A stretch of 63,063 bases of DNA, counting the filler, from Methanobacteriota archaeon (GTDB lineage Archaea; JACRDV01): the NCBI GenBank assembly GCA_024860865.1. It is 11 parts of 11 records of this genome, joined end to end, with 100 filler letters (N's around TTAATTAATTAA, not from the genome) between each part and the next. Parts side by side here need not be neighbours in the genome. Positions count along the whole stretch, not along the records: positions 17,761 to 29,123 come from JACRDV010000134.1; positions 29,224 to 36,711 come from JACRDV010000135.1; 9 more parts are not named here. One strand, 5' to 3'. The position numbers and the translations under genes were made by a program. Positions within the stretch are counted from its first letter, which is position 1. Every line of letters starts with the position of its first letter. The notes beneath the pieces were generated by a model. That model was given only the letters and a program-made list of their open reading frames with translations, did not search any database and was not told the DNA's origin. Below, piece after piece: positions 20,194 to 30,189 of this stretch.

Positions 20194-21726
20194 ATGCTAA
20201 AAACAGTACCAAGGTTTAAAGTCAATATAGATTATGAAAAATGCATAAAGTGTGGCAGGTGTAGTGAGAACTGCACATACGGAGCGATAACTTTTGACAG
20301 AGAACAAGATAAGCCTCTTGTAAAGAATAATGCAAACTGCGTTTCCTGCCAGAGGTGCGTGCTCTTCTGCCCGAAGGAAGCTATAAACATATCTCAGTAT
20401 CCTGTAACCTATGCGCCTCACGGAACTTGGATGCCCTACTACATACGCGCGATAAACGAGCAGGCGGAAACAGGTGGAGTTCTGCTTTCAGGGATGGGTA
20501 ATGATATGTCCTATCCTATGGTATTTGACTACTTGGTATGGGATGCCTGCCAAGTTACAAACCCCGCAATCGATGCGCTACGCGAACCTGTAGAAACTAG
20601 GACATATCTCGGAAGAAAATCAAAAAATTTGCACATCAGCGAGATAGAAGGAAAGTTTGAACTAGAAGATTTGCCGCCAAATGTAGTGCTTTCTACTCCA
20701 ATAGTCATTGGGCACATGTCTCTGGGTTCAATAAGCTACAACGCGATTACTGCAATGTATAGGGCTGTTAAAGAAGTGGGAACTCTAATGGGCACAGGCG
20801 AGGGCGGTCTACATAGGGACCACTATCAGTTCCGCTCAAATCTAATAGGTGAAGTTGCAAGCGGAAGATTTGGAGTAAACTCAGAATATCTTGAATGTGC
20901 AGCTTTAGAAATCAAAATAGGGCAGGGGGCAAAACCTGGACATGGCGGGCAGCTGCCAGGGGAGAAAGTAAATAAGCTCATTTCGGAAACAAGGGGAATC
21001 CCCTTGGGCACAGATGCTTTGAGTCCTAATCCCCAGCATGATATTTACTCTATAGAAGATTTGAAGACGCTAATAGCTGCACTACACGAGGCAAGCGAAT
21101 ATAAAGTACCGGTTGGCGTAAAAATTGCGGCAGTAAACAACGTTGCTGCTATTGCTTCTGGTATAGTTAGAGCAGGGGCAGATTTCATAACAATCGATGG
21201 CTTTAGAGGTGGTACTGGAGCAGCGCCAAGAGTCATAAGAGACAATGCCGGAATACCTATCGAGCTTGCTGTAGCAGCTGTAGACCAGCATCTGACCGAA
21301 GAGGGAATAAGGCACGAGGTTACCATACTCGCAGGGGGTACCTTGCGCTCATCTTCTGACCTTATTAAAATAATTGCCCTTGGAGCAGATGTCGGTATGA
21401 TTGCAACTGCCCCTTTGATTGCTCTGGGATGCAAGGTATGCCAGCAATGCCCGACAGGCAAATGCTCTTGGGGTATAGCCACAAGTGATCCGATACTAGC
21501 TCAGCGTGTTGATATTGAGTATGGAGCGCGGAGGGTAGTTAATTTACTTCGTGCATGGACACATGATTTGGAAGAAGTCCTCGGAACTATGGGTATAGAC
21601 GCTGTTGAAAGTTTCGTAGGAAATAGGGACAGGCTACGCTACCTCGGTCCAAATCCAAAAGAAGCGGAGATACTTGGAGTAAAACACGCTGGCGATAGAC
21701 TGAAACTTGGTTCTTGCGCATCATAA
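20194..21726 (+). CDS. gltB2: Glutamate synthase FMN/Fe-S subunit (GltB2) with an N-terminal 2x[4Fe-4S] domain
   Basis: Two CxxCxxCxxxC motifs, GTGEGG, EIKIGQGAKPG, HDIYSIEDL, DGFRGGTGAAP and CxxCxxCxxxxC. ATG 20194 follows a GGGTGA ribosome-binding site. Confidence 0.94.
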   Translation: MLKTVPRFKVNIDYEKCIKCGRCSENCTYGAITFDREQDKPLVKNNANCVSCQRCVLFCPKEAINISQYPVTYAPHGTWMPYYIRAINEQAETGGVLLSGMGNDMSYPMVFDYLVWDACQVTNPAIDALREPVETRTYLGRKSKNLHISEIEGKFELEDLPPNVVLSTPIVIGHMSLGSISYNAITAMYRAVKEVGTLMGTGEGGLHRDHYQFRSNLIGEVASGRFGVNSEYLECAALEIKIGQGAKPGHGGQLPGEKVNKLISETRGIPLGTDALSPNPQHDIYSIEDLKTLIAALHEASEYKVPVGVKIAAVNNVAAIASGIVRAGADFITIDGFRGGTGAAPRVIRDNAGIPIELAVAAVDQHLTEEGIRHEVTILAGGTLRSSSDLIKIIALGADVGMIATAPLIALGCKVCQQCPTGKCSWGIATSDPILAQRVDIEYGARRVVNLLRAWTHDLEEVLGTMGIDAVESFVGNRDRLRYLGPNPKEAEILGVKHAGDRLKLGSCAS

Positions 21727-21793
21727 ATTATTTCTTTACAAGAACTAGTACACAATCTTGAGTTTACACCATCAAACTGTGGGTCATAGTAAT

Positions 21794-22639
21794 ATGTCTT
21801 TACAAGAGGTAAAAAAAATTACTATCGACGCAAAACCAAAGGGCAATAACCTGCACTATAAAGAGCTGAACAAACAAATCAGAGATGCACTCAGAGATGG
21901 TCATAACTGGATAGTAGTAGAGAATGTCAGCGGGCAGAGGTACATAGGAGCTGGAATAAAAGAAAAAGTAACTATCGAGATTTTTGGCGATGTGGGTTTG
22001 GATCTTGGTGCCTTTTCTGAAGGTTTGACTATAATAGTGCACGGAAATTCTGAATACCTGCTCGGGAATACCCTCAATGAGGGGGAACTTGTTGTCTATG
22101 GCGACTCGTGGGATATCACAGGTATGGGCGCTAGAGGCGGAAGGATATTTGTAATGGGCAATGGTGGCAGCAGAGTAGGGATACACATGAAGGAGTTTAA
22201 AGATAAAAAACCAGCAATAATATACGGTGGCAAAGTGAAACAATATTGCGGAGAATATATGGCGGGTGGCTTAATTTTAGTGCTTGGCTTAAACTTTAAG
22301 GATGCTGTAATAGATACTAAAAAACCAATTGGCAGGGATAACATAGACCCATTAAAAGTGAAAGATATCGAAGGGGAAATAGTCCAATCGGATTTAGGAG
22401 GGGGAATGCACGGTGGGGCAATATACATTAGAGGCGAAGTCCCGGATGAATACCTCGGCGTTTATGCTACAAAGAAAGGATTTACAGAAGAGGACAAAAT
22501 AATTATCACCCCGATAGTCGAAAGGTTTTGCGAGTTATTTAATGTACCTCCAGAGTTAGTGTGGGGTAAAAAATTTACAAAAATAGTGCCAGTTTCCCAC
22601 AGACCTTTTGGGAAACAATATGTGACTACGCCTATCTAA
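21794..22639 (+). CDS. gltB3: Glutamate synthase GXGXG subunit (GltB3)
   Basis: GQRYIG, RVGIHMK, GEYMAGG and GMHGGAIYIRG motifs. Confidence 0.9.
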   Translation: MSLQEVKKITIDAKPKGNNLHYKELNKQIRDALRDGHNWIVVENVSGQRYIGAGIKEKVTIEIFGDVGLDLGAFSEGLTIIVHGNSEYLLGNTLNEGELVVYGDSWDITGMGARGGRIFVMGNGGSRVGIHMKEFKDKKPAIIYGGKVKQYCGEYMAGGLILVLGLNFKDAVIDTKKPIGRDNIDPLKVKDIEGEIVQSDLGGGMHGGAIYIRGEVPDEYLGVYATKKGFTEEDKIIITPIVERFCELFNVPPELVWGKKFTKIVPVSHRPFGKQYVTTPI

Positions 22640-22952
22640 AAACAAATTCAACAGTATTAATTTTAAAATATAATTTATAAAATTTTCGTTTATGAATTTT
22701 AAATTTTTTAGTGAGTTTTAAAGCCAATTTACTTGCTATATGCTCTTCTTCTTTCCACTTTATATTTTTAAGAATTCTGGTCGTCTCTTCCAATGGCTCT
22801 AGCTCACCAAAAGTAAGTTCTATTTTTTTATCAGCATAAGATGGAAGAAGATAAGCTTTCATTCCCTTTTTAATTCCAAATCTTTTTCGAATTTCCCGCG
22901 GAATAAGAATACGTCCTTTAGAATCTACTTCAACTATAGCCAAATTTCCCAC
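22632..22952 (-). CDS. AbrB/MazE/SpoVT-family DNA-binding protein (orphan antitoxin)
   Basis: VEVDSKGRILIPREIRKRFGI motif. Confidence 0.8.
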   Translation of the reverse strand: MGNLAIVEVDSKGRILIPREIRKRFGIKKGMKAYLLPSYADKKIELTFGELEPLEETTRILKNIKWKEEEHIASKLALKLTKKFKIHKRKFYKLYFKINTVEFVFR

Positions 22953-23245
22953 TAAATTTTTATTTGTAACAAAAAATATTTAAATGTTAGAATTAAAGTC
23001 TCACAAAACATCAGGGGCAGACAGAATTAAGCTCTTTGCAACCTTAGAGAGATATATTGACCTGTTAGCATCGCAGCATCTATAGAAACAATAGGTTTAG
23101 AAAAAAAGTTGATTTTGATGCATGAATAGCCTGGATTAGCCCAAATCAGAAAAGCAGTTTCGATGAAATCGGACTTCCACGAGAATGGTAACAATAGCTA
23201 AAATTGTTTTAACAACTTTTTAGGAATTATTTATAGGGAAATACG

Positions 23246-24835
23246 TTGTGCGGAATCGTCGGTATTATCTCAAAAAGTCAGAGTGTTGTTGATCTCCTCT
23301 GGAATATGCTAACCACGATAGAACATAGAGGGCCAGATGGAGTTGGTGTTTTTATTGGAGATAAAATAGTCAAAGCTGAAAAATTGGAAAAACTTGAGCT
23401 CGAAAAACTAAAAGGAAATCTAGGAATAGGCCATGTAAGGTTGAAGATAGTCGGAACTCAAGTTGGCATTCAACCATTTTTAGATTGTATGTACAGCTTA
23501 ATTTTAGTCCATAATGGCGAAATTTACAATTACCAAGAGCTAAAAAAAGATCTGAAAAACCACAAATTTGAAACTGATGCTGACAGCGAGGTTATAGTTC
23601 ATCTAATTGAACAAAATTTTAATGGCAATTTAATTGACGCTGTTAAAAAATCGCTGCCTAAACTCGATGGAGATTATGCTTTTGCAGTTACTGATGGAAA
23701 AACAATTGTAATTGCTAGAGACCCAATTGGAATTAAACCAGTTTATCTAGGAGAGAGCAAGCAACTGTTTGCTTTCGCATCAGAACGAAAAGCATTGTGG
23801 TCAATTGGCATAAAAGAAACTTGGGCATTAGAACCAAGAAACTTGGCCATTCTTACAATTGGTGGAATCAGTGTTCAAGAGGGTTTTATTTTTCCTAAAC
23901 CTCCAATAACAAAAATTTTAGAAACTAAAGCAATTGAAAAGCTTAGTCAGATTTTTAGGGAAGCTATTGAGAAAAGAGTGCAGAATTTAGAAAAAGTTGG
24001 AATAATTTTTTCTGGCGGGATTGACAGCTCACTAGTTGCAAAATTTGCAAGTGATAGTGAGGTTAAAGTAACTCTTTATACATCTGGCATGGCCGGTTCT
24101 GAAGATTTGATTCATGCTGAGAGAGTAGCCGGAGATTTAGGATTATCAATAAAGCTCAATGAATTAGATTTAGATAAATTTGAGCCATTGATTCCAAAAA
24201 CACTGTATGCAATCGAAGAAATCAGCCCAATCCAAGTTGGAATTGCACTTCCAATCTATGCTGCTGCAACATTAGCACATAGCGATGGACAAAAAGTAAT
24301 TTTGACTGGACAAGGTGCGGATGAATTGTTTGGAGGATACTATCGTTACCATAAAATTTTGGAAGATAAAGGTGATAAAGAGCTAGAGGCTCTTTTCTGG
24401 ACCGATTTGTGTAATATTTACCAAATAAACTTGCAACGAGATGATGCTACAATGATGGCAAACTCACTGGAGCTGCGAGTTCCATTCCTAGACTTAGCTG
24501 TTGTAAACTTTGCTTTAAGTCTACCTATTGAATTAAAGATTCGAACTGAAAATGGTTTTCAGAGCAAATATATCTTAAGAAAGCTTGGGGATAAAGTTGG
24601 ATTGCCAAAATATGTTGTTACAAGGCCAAAGAGGGCGATACAATATGGAGCTAGAACTCAAAAGGCACTTAAGAGAGTAGCTAAAAAAAGTGGTTTTAAC
24701 AAATATTTACCGAAAAAAGTAAGTTTTAGCGGAGACTTCATCTCGCTATATCTTAACATACTTGCTTATCAATTAGGGATTCCAATTCCAAATGAAATTC
24801 AAAAAATTGTAAAGGCTTTAGGCGAAATGAAATGA
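23246..24835 (+). CDS. asnB: Asparagine synthetase B (glutamine-hydrolysing)
   Basis: MCGIVG, HRGPD, HNGEIYN, FSGGIDSS, GQGADELFGGY and LRVPFLD motifs. Confidence 0.93.
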   Translation: MCGIVGIISKSQSVVDLLWNMLTTIEHRGPDGVGVFIGDKIVKAEKLEKLELEKLKGNLGIGHVRLKIVGTQVGIQPFLDCMYSLILVHNGEIYNYQELKKDLKNHKFETDADSEVIVHLIEQNFNGNLIDAVKKSLPKLDGDYAFAVTDGKTIVIARDPIGIKPVYLGESKQLFAFASERKALWSIGIKETWALEPRNLAILTIGGISVQEGFIFPKPPITKILETKAIEKLSQIFREAIEKRVQNLEKVGIIFSGGIDSSLVAKFASDSEVKVTLYTSGMAGSEDLIHAERVAGDLGLSIKLNELDLDKFEPLIPKTLYAIEEISPIQVGIALPIYAAATLAHSDGQKVILTGQGADELFGGYYRYHKILEDKGDKELEALFWTDLCNIYQINLQRDDATMMANSLELRVPFLDLAVVNFALSLPIELKIRTENGFQSKYILRKLGDKVGLPKYVVTRPKRAIQYGARTQKALKRVAKKSGFNKYLPKKVSFSGDFISLYLNILAYQLGIPIPNEIQKIVKALGEMK

Positions 24836-25428
24836 TTGATACAGTTGCATTTTTCCAGGCATTCATTGCTTTATTCGTGATTTTAGACCCAATTGCAAAT
24901 ATTCCTGTTTTTCTAACTTTAACTGAGAAGATGGATAAAAAAGATAGGCGTAGTACTGTAAACCAAGCTATTATAGTGGCATTTGCGCTGCTCTTTGCTT
25001 TTGCACTTCTTGGAGATTATATAATCAAATTCTTGGGAATTAAACTGGAAAGTTTTATGATTGCAGGCGGGTTGTTGTTATTAGTTATTTCATTTGATAT
25101 GTTAAAGGGTGAATTACCAAAAACTAGGCATGTAATCAAAGAAGAGGTTTCAATTGTGCCGATGGCTACGCCGTTGCTCGCCGGACCTGGGGCAATTACC
25201 ACCACAATTTACTTTATTAATACAATGGGCACGCTGATTACTGTGCTAGCTGTTGTTTCAGCGATTATTGCATCAGCTATACTGTTACATCTTGGCGAAG
25301 GACTCCATAATTTATTAGGACCTAACGCTTCTCGTGGACTTACGCGAATTATGGGGTTAATCCTAGCTGCTTTTGCAGTTGATTTAATGCGGAAAGGAAT
25401 ATTTGGGCTTTGGAGCGGGGGTATTTGA
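24832..25428 (+). CDS. MarC family membrane protein
   Basis: LDPIANIP, IAGG and PMATPLLAGPGAITT motifs. Confidence 0.93.
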   Translation: MIDTVAFFQAFIALFVILDPIANIPVFLTLTEKMDKKDRRSTVNQAIIVAFALLFAFALLGDYIIKFLGIKLESFMIAGGLLLLVISFDMLKGELPKTRHVIKEEVSIVPMATPLLAGPGAITTTIYFINTMGTLITVLAVVSAIIASAILLHLGEGLHNLLGPNASRGLTRIMGLILAAFAVDLMRKGIFGLWSGGI

Positions 25429-25661
25429 AGCGCGAAGAAATTGAAAAGCGTGGAGAAGAATTAATAAAAGAATTTTCAGAAGCAATTGCAGATGTAAAAG
25501 AAGAAGTTGAAACGTATTATGTTAGCGAGCTAGTAAATGTTGTGCGAATTGATTCTGAGCCGGTTCAAAAAAAAGATTTTAAAGACAAAATGCTAAAAAT
25601 TGCACCAAGTGTTGATGAAGAAGGCAACATTCGAGTTGAGATTGGCAAGTGGGTCGGTTAA
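25425..25661 (+). CDS. gatC: Asp/Glu-tRNA amidotransferase subunit C
   Basis: Small acidic protein (ETYYV...NVVRID...W) directly before gatA. TTG 25425 overlaps the marC stop. Confidence 0.8.
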   Translation: MKREEIEKRGEELIKEFSEAIADVKEEVETYYVSELVNVVRIDSEPVQKKDFKDKMLKIAPSVDEEGNIRVEIGKWVG

Positions 25662-25664
25662 AAA

Positions 25665-27065
25665 GTGGAAAATATCTTTTCTATTTCTGTTAAGGATAAG
25701 TTGGAACAGATTAAGTCAAGAAAACTGACTGCTATTGAGAACACTGAAGCTGCATTAGCTAGAATTAAAAACTTAAACCCAAAGATCAATGCTTTTATCG
25801 AACTTAATGAAAAAGGGGCATTAGACACAGCTAAGTGGATTGATGAAAAAATAAAACAAGGCAAGAAGGTTGGCAAATTAGCTGGCTTAATTGTTGCAGT
25901 TAAATCAAATATCAACGTTACTGGACTCCATATCACGTGCGCTTCAAAGACACTAGAAGATTATGTTGGAACCTTTGATGCAGCAGTAGTTCAGAGAATT
26001 AAATCTGAAGACGGAATTATAATCGGTATGACAAATATGGATGAGTTCGCAGCTGGCTCTTCAGGTGAAACATCTGCTTGGGGACCAACAGATAATCCTT
26101 CTGCATTGGGACACATTCCAGGTGGATCAAGTTCTGGTTCAGCTGCTGCTGTCGCTGTTGGCATTTGTGATCTAGCAATCGGTTCAGACACGGGTGGCTC
26201 TATTAGAAATCCAGCCAGCCATTGTGGAATTGTTGGATTAAAACCAACTTACGGTCTCGTGCCTAGGCATGGTTTAATTGATTTAGCAATGAGTTTGGAC
26301 CAAATAGGCCCTATGGCAAGGGATGTTTATGGCTGTGCTTTGTTGTTGGAAGTTATTGCTGGTTATAATCCAAGAGAATGCACAACACTTAAAGTTGATT
26401 TAAAGGATTTTACTAAAAAGGTCGGTGCAGATATTAAAGGATTAAAAATTGGGATTGCTCCTCAATACGAGGAAGTCACTGTCGATAAGAAGATTTACCA
26501 AAAAATTGAAAGAGCAATAGAAATTTTAAAGGATTTAGGAGCTAGAGTAGTTCAAGTGAATCTCCCAAACTTAAAACGTGCGCTCCCTGCTTATTATTTG
26601 ATTAACTATGTAGAATTCTTCTCTGCTACAAGAAGGTTCGATGGGAGAAGATATGGAAAACGAATTGAGGATGTCTGTGGTGAGGAAGTTTTGCGCAGAA
26701 TTTTACTAGGAAGCTATATTTCACAAAAAGAATATCGAGGAAAATACTATCACAAAGCAATCAAAACTAGGTCAGTTATCAAACATGAGACTCTAGAAGC
26801 CTTTAAACAAGCCGATGTTTTAATCAGCCCTACTGTTCCAAAACTGCCTCACAAATTTGGAGCAAAATTGACTCCATTTGAAATGTATGGTTATGATCTC
26901 TTCACGGTTCCCACGAATTTATCAGGAATTTGTGCCGGCGTTGTACCAGTTGGAAAAATAGATGGAATTCCAATTGGGCTTCAAATACAAGGAAAACCAC
27001 TCGACGAATTAACTATATTTAAGATAATGGAAGCATACGAGAAAAGCACTCGAGAATTATCCTAG
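25665..27065 (+). CDS. gatA: Asp/Glu-tRNA amidotransferase subunit A
   Basis: Amidase signature NMDEFA, PGGSSSGSA and GSDTGGSIR; EVLRRILLG. Confidence 0.96.
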   Translation: MENIFSISVKDKLEQIKSRKLTAIENTEAALARIKNLNPKINAFIELNEKGALDTAKWIDEKIKQGKKVGKLAGLIVAVKSNINVTGLHITCASKTLEDYVGTFDAAVVQRIKSEDGIIIGMTNMDEFAAGSSGETSAWGPTDNPSALGHIPGGSSSGSAAAVAVGICDLAIGSDTGGSIRNPASHCGIVGLKPTYGLVPRHGLIDLAMSLDQIGPMARDVYGCALLLEVIAGYNPRECTTLKVDLKDFTKKVGADIKGLKIGIAPQYEEVTVDKKIYQKIERAIEILKDLGARVVQVNLPNLKRALPAYYLINYVEFFSATRRFDGRRYGKRIEDVCGEEVLRRILLGSYISQKEYRGKYYHKAIKTRSVIKHETLEAFKQADVLISPTVPKLPHKFGAKLTPFEMYGYDLFTVPTNLSGICAGVVPVGKIDGIPIGLQIQGKPLDELTIFKIMEAYEKSTRELS

Positions 27066-27218
27066 ATTTAATGATTAGATTAATTATATTCACTAGAAAT
27101 TGGACAGTGAACTAACCAAATTTCACGGTATTTAGTCAAGCAATATCCCAAAAATAGTAAAAATTGGTAAGATTATTAACTAAATCTTTGCTGAACGAAG
27201 TTTTAAAGGGAGAATCTT

Positions 27219-28586
27219 ATGGAAGTTCTTATTGGACTCGAAATTCACGAGCAAATAAATACGAAATCAAAGCTTTACTGCGATTGCCCAACCAATTATC
27301 GAGATGTCTCGCCGAATACTAATGTATGCGAGATTTGTACTGGTTGTCCTGGAGCTAAACCAATGCCTCCTAATCAAGATGCGTTAGATGCTGTGATTGC
27401 AATCTCGCTTATGCTCGATTGTGAAGTTTTAACAAATAGGCCCGTATATATTCAACGAAAACACTATGATTATCCTGATTTGCCCAGTGGATATCAAAGG
27501 ACAAGCTTGCCAATCGGAATAAATGGAAAAGTTAATGGAACTCGAATTAGAGAAGTACACATGGAGGAAGACCCGGGTCAATATGACCCAGTGAGTGGGA
27601 TCGTTGATTACAATCGATCGGGTGTGCCATTGGTTGAAATAACAACTGAGCCTGATTTGCGGTCTCCTGAAGAGGCTCGTCTCTTTTTAAGAGCATTGTA
27701 TAGAATACTGGATTTTAGCGGAAAAGCAAGAGAAGAGCCGGGAACTTTAAGAGTTGATGCAAATATTTCTATGGCTGGCGGAGCTCGAGTTGAAATTAAA
27801 AATATAAATTCAGTTAAAGGGGTATATCGCGCTCTGAAATATGAAATCACTCGCCAAAAAAGTTTGTTAACTAGAGGAGAAGCAGTAAGAAGAGAGACAA
27901 GAGCTTATCTTGAAAGCCAAATGATTACCGTTCCTATGCGGACCAAAGAACTTGAAGCAGATTATAGGTATATACCTGATCCAGATATTTTTCCTCTTGT
28001 AATTGATTCTAACAAAGTTGAAGCGATTAAAGCAAGTTTGCCTGAAGCTCCGCACATGAGGGAAAAACGTCTCATTCAGCAGTATGGTATTGCACCACTG
28101 CATGCTAAAGTTTTAACAAGTGAGTTGGCTTTAGCTGATTTATTTGAAGCGGTTGCAAAAAAAATTGACCCAAAGATCGCAGCTCTTTGGTTAAGGGATA
28201 AATTGAAAAACGTTTTAAACTACTATGGAATCCGCTGTGCTGAAAGCTTATTAATCCCAGAGCACATGATTGAATTACTTAAATTAGTTCAAAGTGGCTC
28301 GATTACACCAGAAACTGGTGAAAAGTTGCTCCAAAGAATGGTTAAGGAACCAGTTTCTCCACTTAAGTTAGTTGAAGAACTTAAATTGACCAAAATTGTG
28401 GAAGAAAAGTTGCTTGAAGAAGCTATAACAAAAGCAATTGCTCAAAATCCACAGGCTGTTAAAGATTATCTTTCTGGAAAGAGCGAGGCTTTAAATTTTT
28501 TAATGGGCCGAGTTATGAAGATAACGCAAAGTCGTGCTGATTCAAAAGTGGTAATTCAATTGCTCAAACAAAAGCTAAAGAGATGA
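27219..28586 (+). CDS. gatB: Asp/Glu-tRNA amidotransferase subunit B
   Basis: IGLEIH, RKHYDYPDLP, HMEEDPG, NRSGVPLVEI, RVEIKN and DYRYIPDPD motifs. Confidence 0.96.
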   Translation: MEVLIGLEIHEQINTKSKLYCDCPTNYRDVSPNTNVCEICTGCPGAKPMPPNQDALDAVIAISLMLDCEVLTNRPVYIQRKHYDYPDLPSGYQRTSLPIGINGKVNGTRIREVHMEEDPGQYDPVSGIVDYNRSGVPLVEITTEPDLRSPEEARLFLRALYRILDFSGKAREEPGTLRVDANISMAGGARVEIKNINSVKGVYRALKYEITRQKSLLTRGEAVRRETRAYLESQMITVPMRTKELEADYRYIPDPDIFPLVIDSNKVEAIKASLPEAPHMREKRLIQQYGIAPLHAKVLTSELALADLFEAVAKKIDPKIAALWLRDKLKNVLNYYGIRCAESLLIPEHMIELLKLVQSGSITPETGEKLLQRMVKEPVSPLKLVEELKLTKIVEEKLLEEAITKAIAQNPQAVKDYLSGKSEALNFLMGRVMKITQSRADSKVVIQLLKQKLKR

Positions 28587-28742
28587 AGTATAGCTTTGTT
28601 TAAAGCTTTTTGATGATAATATCGATAATCCACAAGTAAAAATTAAAGAAAGGAGATAATCTTATTTATTGGCAATAATATCACTAACGAGGCATTAAGG
28701 CTATAAAGCAAATAAAAATGAATAAGAATGTAAGGGATTAGG

Positions 28743-28988
28743 ATGGAGGAGTACCTTTTAAAGCGTATTGAAGTAAATCCTAAGATAATGATTGGCAAGC
28801 CTGTGATTAAAGGAACTAGGATCCCAGTGGACCTTATAGTAAGACTTTTTGCTACTGGTTTATCTATGCAGGATATACTCGAGGATTACCCTCAGCTTAC
28901 TGAAGAAGACATAAAGGCGGCTCTCCTTTATGCATCCAAAGTCGTCGCAAACGAAGAGGTTCTTCTTACTGTTGTTGGAGAGAGCTAG
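28743..28988 (+). CDS. DUF433 antitoxin
   Basis: NPKIMIGKPVIKGTRIPV and DYPQLTEEDIKAAL motifs. Confidence 0.92.
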   Translation: MEEYLLKRIEVNPKIMIGKPVIKGTRIPVDLIVRLFATGLSMQDILEDYPQLTEEDIKAALLYASKVVANEEVLLTVVGES

Positions 28989-28993
28989 CGATT

Positions 28994-29123
28994 GTGAAAT
29001 TCATCATTGACGAGAGTACTGGCGTTAAAGTAGCTGAGACATTAAAGGCTATGGGATTTGATGTTATCTCAGTTACAAAGGAAATGCGAGGAGCTGAGGA
29101 TACAGAAGTTTTAGAACGAGCTA
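28994..29123 (+). CDS. DUF5615 PIN-like toxin (3'-truncated)
   Basis: MKFIIDE...GAEDTEVL; the usual partner of DUF433. Confidence 0.85.
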
Positions 29124-29223
29124 NNNNNNNNNNNNNNNNNNNNNNNNNNNNNNNNNNNNNNNNNNNNTTAATTAATTAANNNNNNNNNNNNNNNNNNNNN
29201 NNNNNNNNNNNNNNNNNNNNNNN
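29124..29223. other. Artificial contig linker
   Basis: N run with TTAATTAATTAA. Confidence 0.99.
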
Positions 29224-29441
29224 TCTAAAAAGAGAAACATGCTGAAAGAGGTCAAGCTAAAGTTTTTGTTTTATAATTCAATAATTAAGTTCGATCATAC
29301 TGGAAAGGTTCCTTGGAGAAATTAAAAAATTTTGGGAACAAATAGTTAAAAATCCATCAAAAGGTAGTTATGCAACAAAGCAGAAAAGTGAAAATGTTTA
29401 TATTGGTTAAAGGTCCAATGATTTTTTAAAAGGTGAATAAA

Positions 29442-29633
29442 ATGCCTATATCTGCTGTATACAGAAAAGGAGTCATTAAACCTTTAATTGAGGTTGATTT
29501 AAAGGAGAACGAAGAGATTGAGATAGAGATAAAGAGGAAAAAGAGTGTTGTGGACGAGCTTGCAGGCTTAATTAAGGCAAAACCCGAAATCGTAGATGAA
29601 GTTGTAGAAAATGAAGAGCTCTACGAATTCTAG
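29442..29633 (+). CDS. DUF104 (AF2212-like) antitoxin
   Basis: ISAVYRKGVIKPL...LKENEEI motif. Confidence 0.85.
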   Translation: MPISAVYRKGVIKPLIEVDLKENEEIEIEIKRKKSVVDELAGLIKAKPEIVDEVVENEELYEF

Positions 29634-29634
29634 T

Positions 29635-30128
29635 TTGGAGGAAATTCCATCTGGCGTTTTAGTCTATATTGATTCCAACATTTTTATATACCATGCTACT
29701 GGGCATGCCAAATACTCCACATCCTGCGAAAAGTTTCTGAGGAGGGTGGAGGAGGGCAACTTAGAGGGTATAACATCTGCAGTTACTCTTAGCGAAGTTT
29801 TGCAGAAGCTTATTTTGATAGAAGTTTCTGAAAGAGAGAACATAAAACCGTGGCAGGTTTTGAGACGTATAAAGCAAGTGCCTGAGATTTTAGCCATTTT
29901 GGACAAACCTACAGAAGCGATAGAGAAAATTGAGAAGATTAAAAACTTGAGAATTGTTCCGCTTACAAAGAAATTGTAGAATCTGCCAGAACTTACATTA
30001 AGAGTGCACATCTAATGTCAATTGATTCTACGCATGCTGCTACTGCAAAAACTTACAACATATCTAACATTGCAACTAACGACATTGACTTCGAAAGGGT
30101 AGAGTTCCTGAAAGTATGGAAGCCCTGA
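29635..30128 (+). pseudogene. PIN toxin with a 1-nt frameshift
   Basis: YIDSNIF N-terminus. After about 29968 the C-terminal PIN motifs (IDSTHAA...IATNDIDFERV...VWKP*) lie in a different frame. Confidence 0.85.
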
Positions 30129-30189
30129 AAGATAACTTGAGATTTAAACCTAAGGAAAAGTGGAATATAAAATGAAACTATTTTCAAAA

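Noticed and set aside
23005-23195. Possible eroded PIN-toxin tail (...FDEIGLPREW*) next to the orphan AbrB gene
   Set aside because: Too degenerate to translate consistently, and on the opposite strand from the antitoxin.
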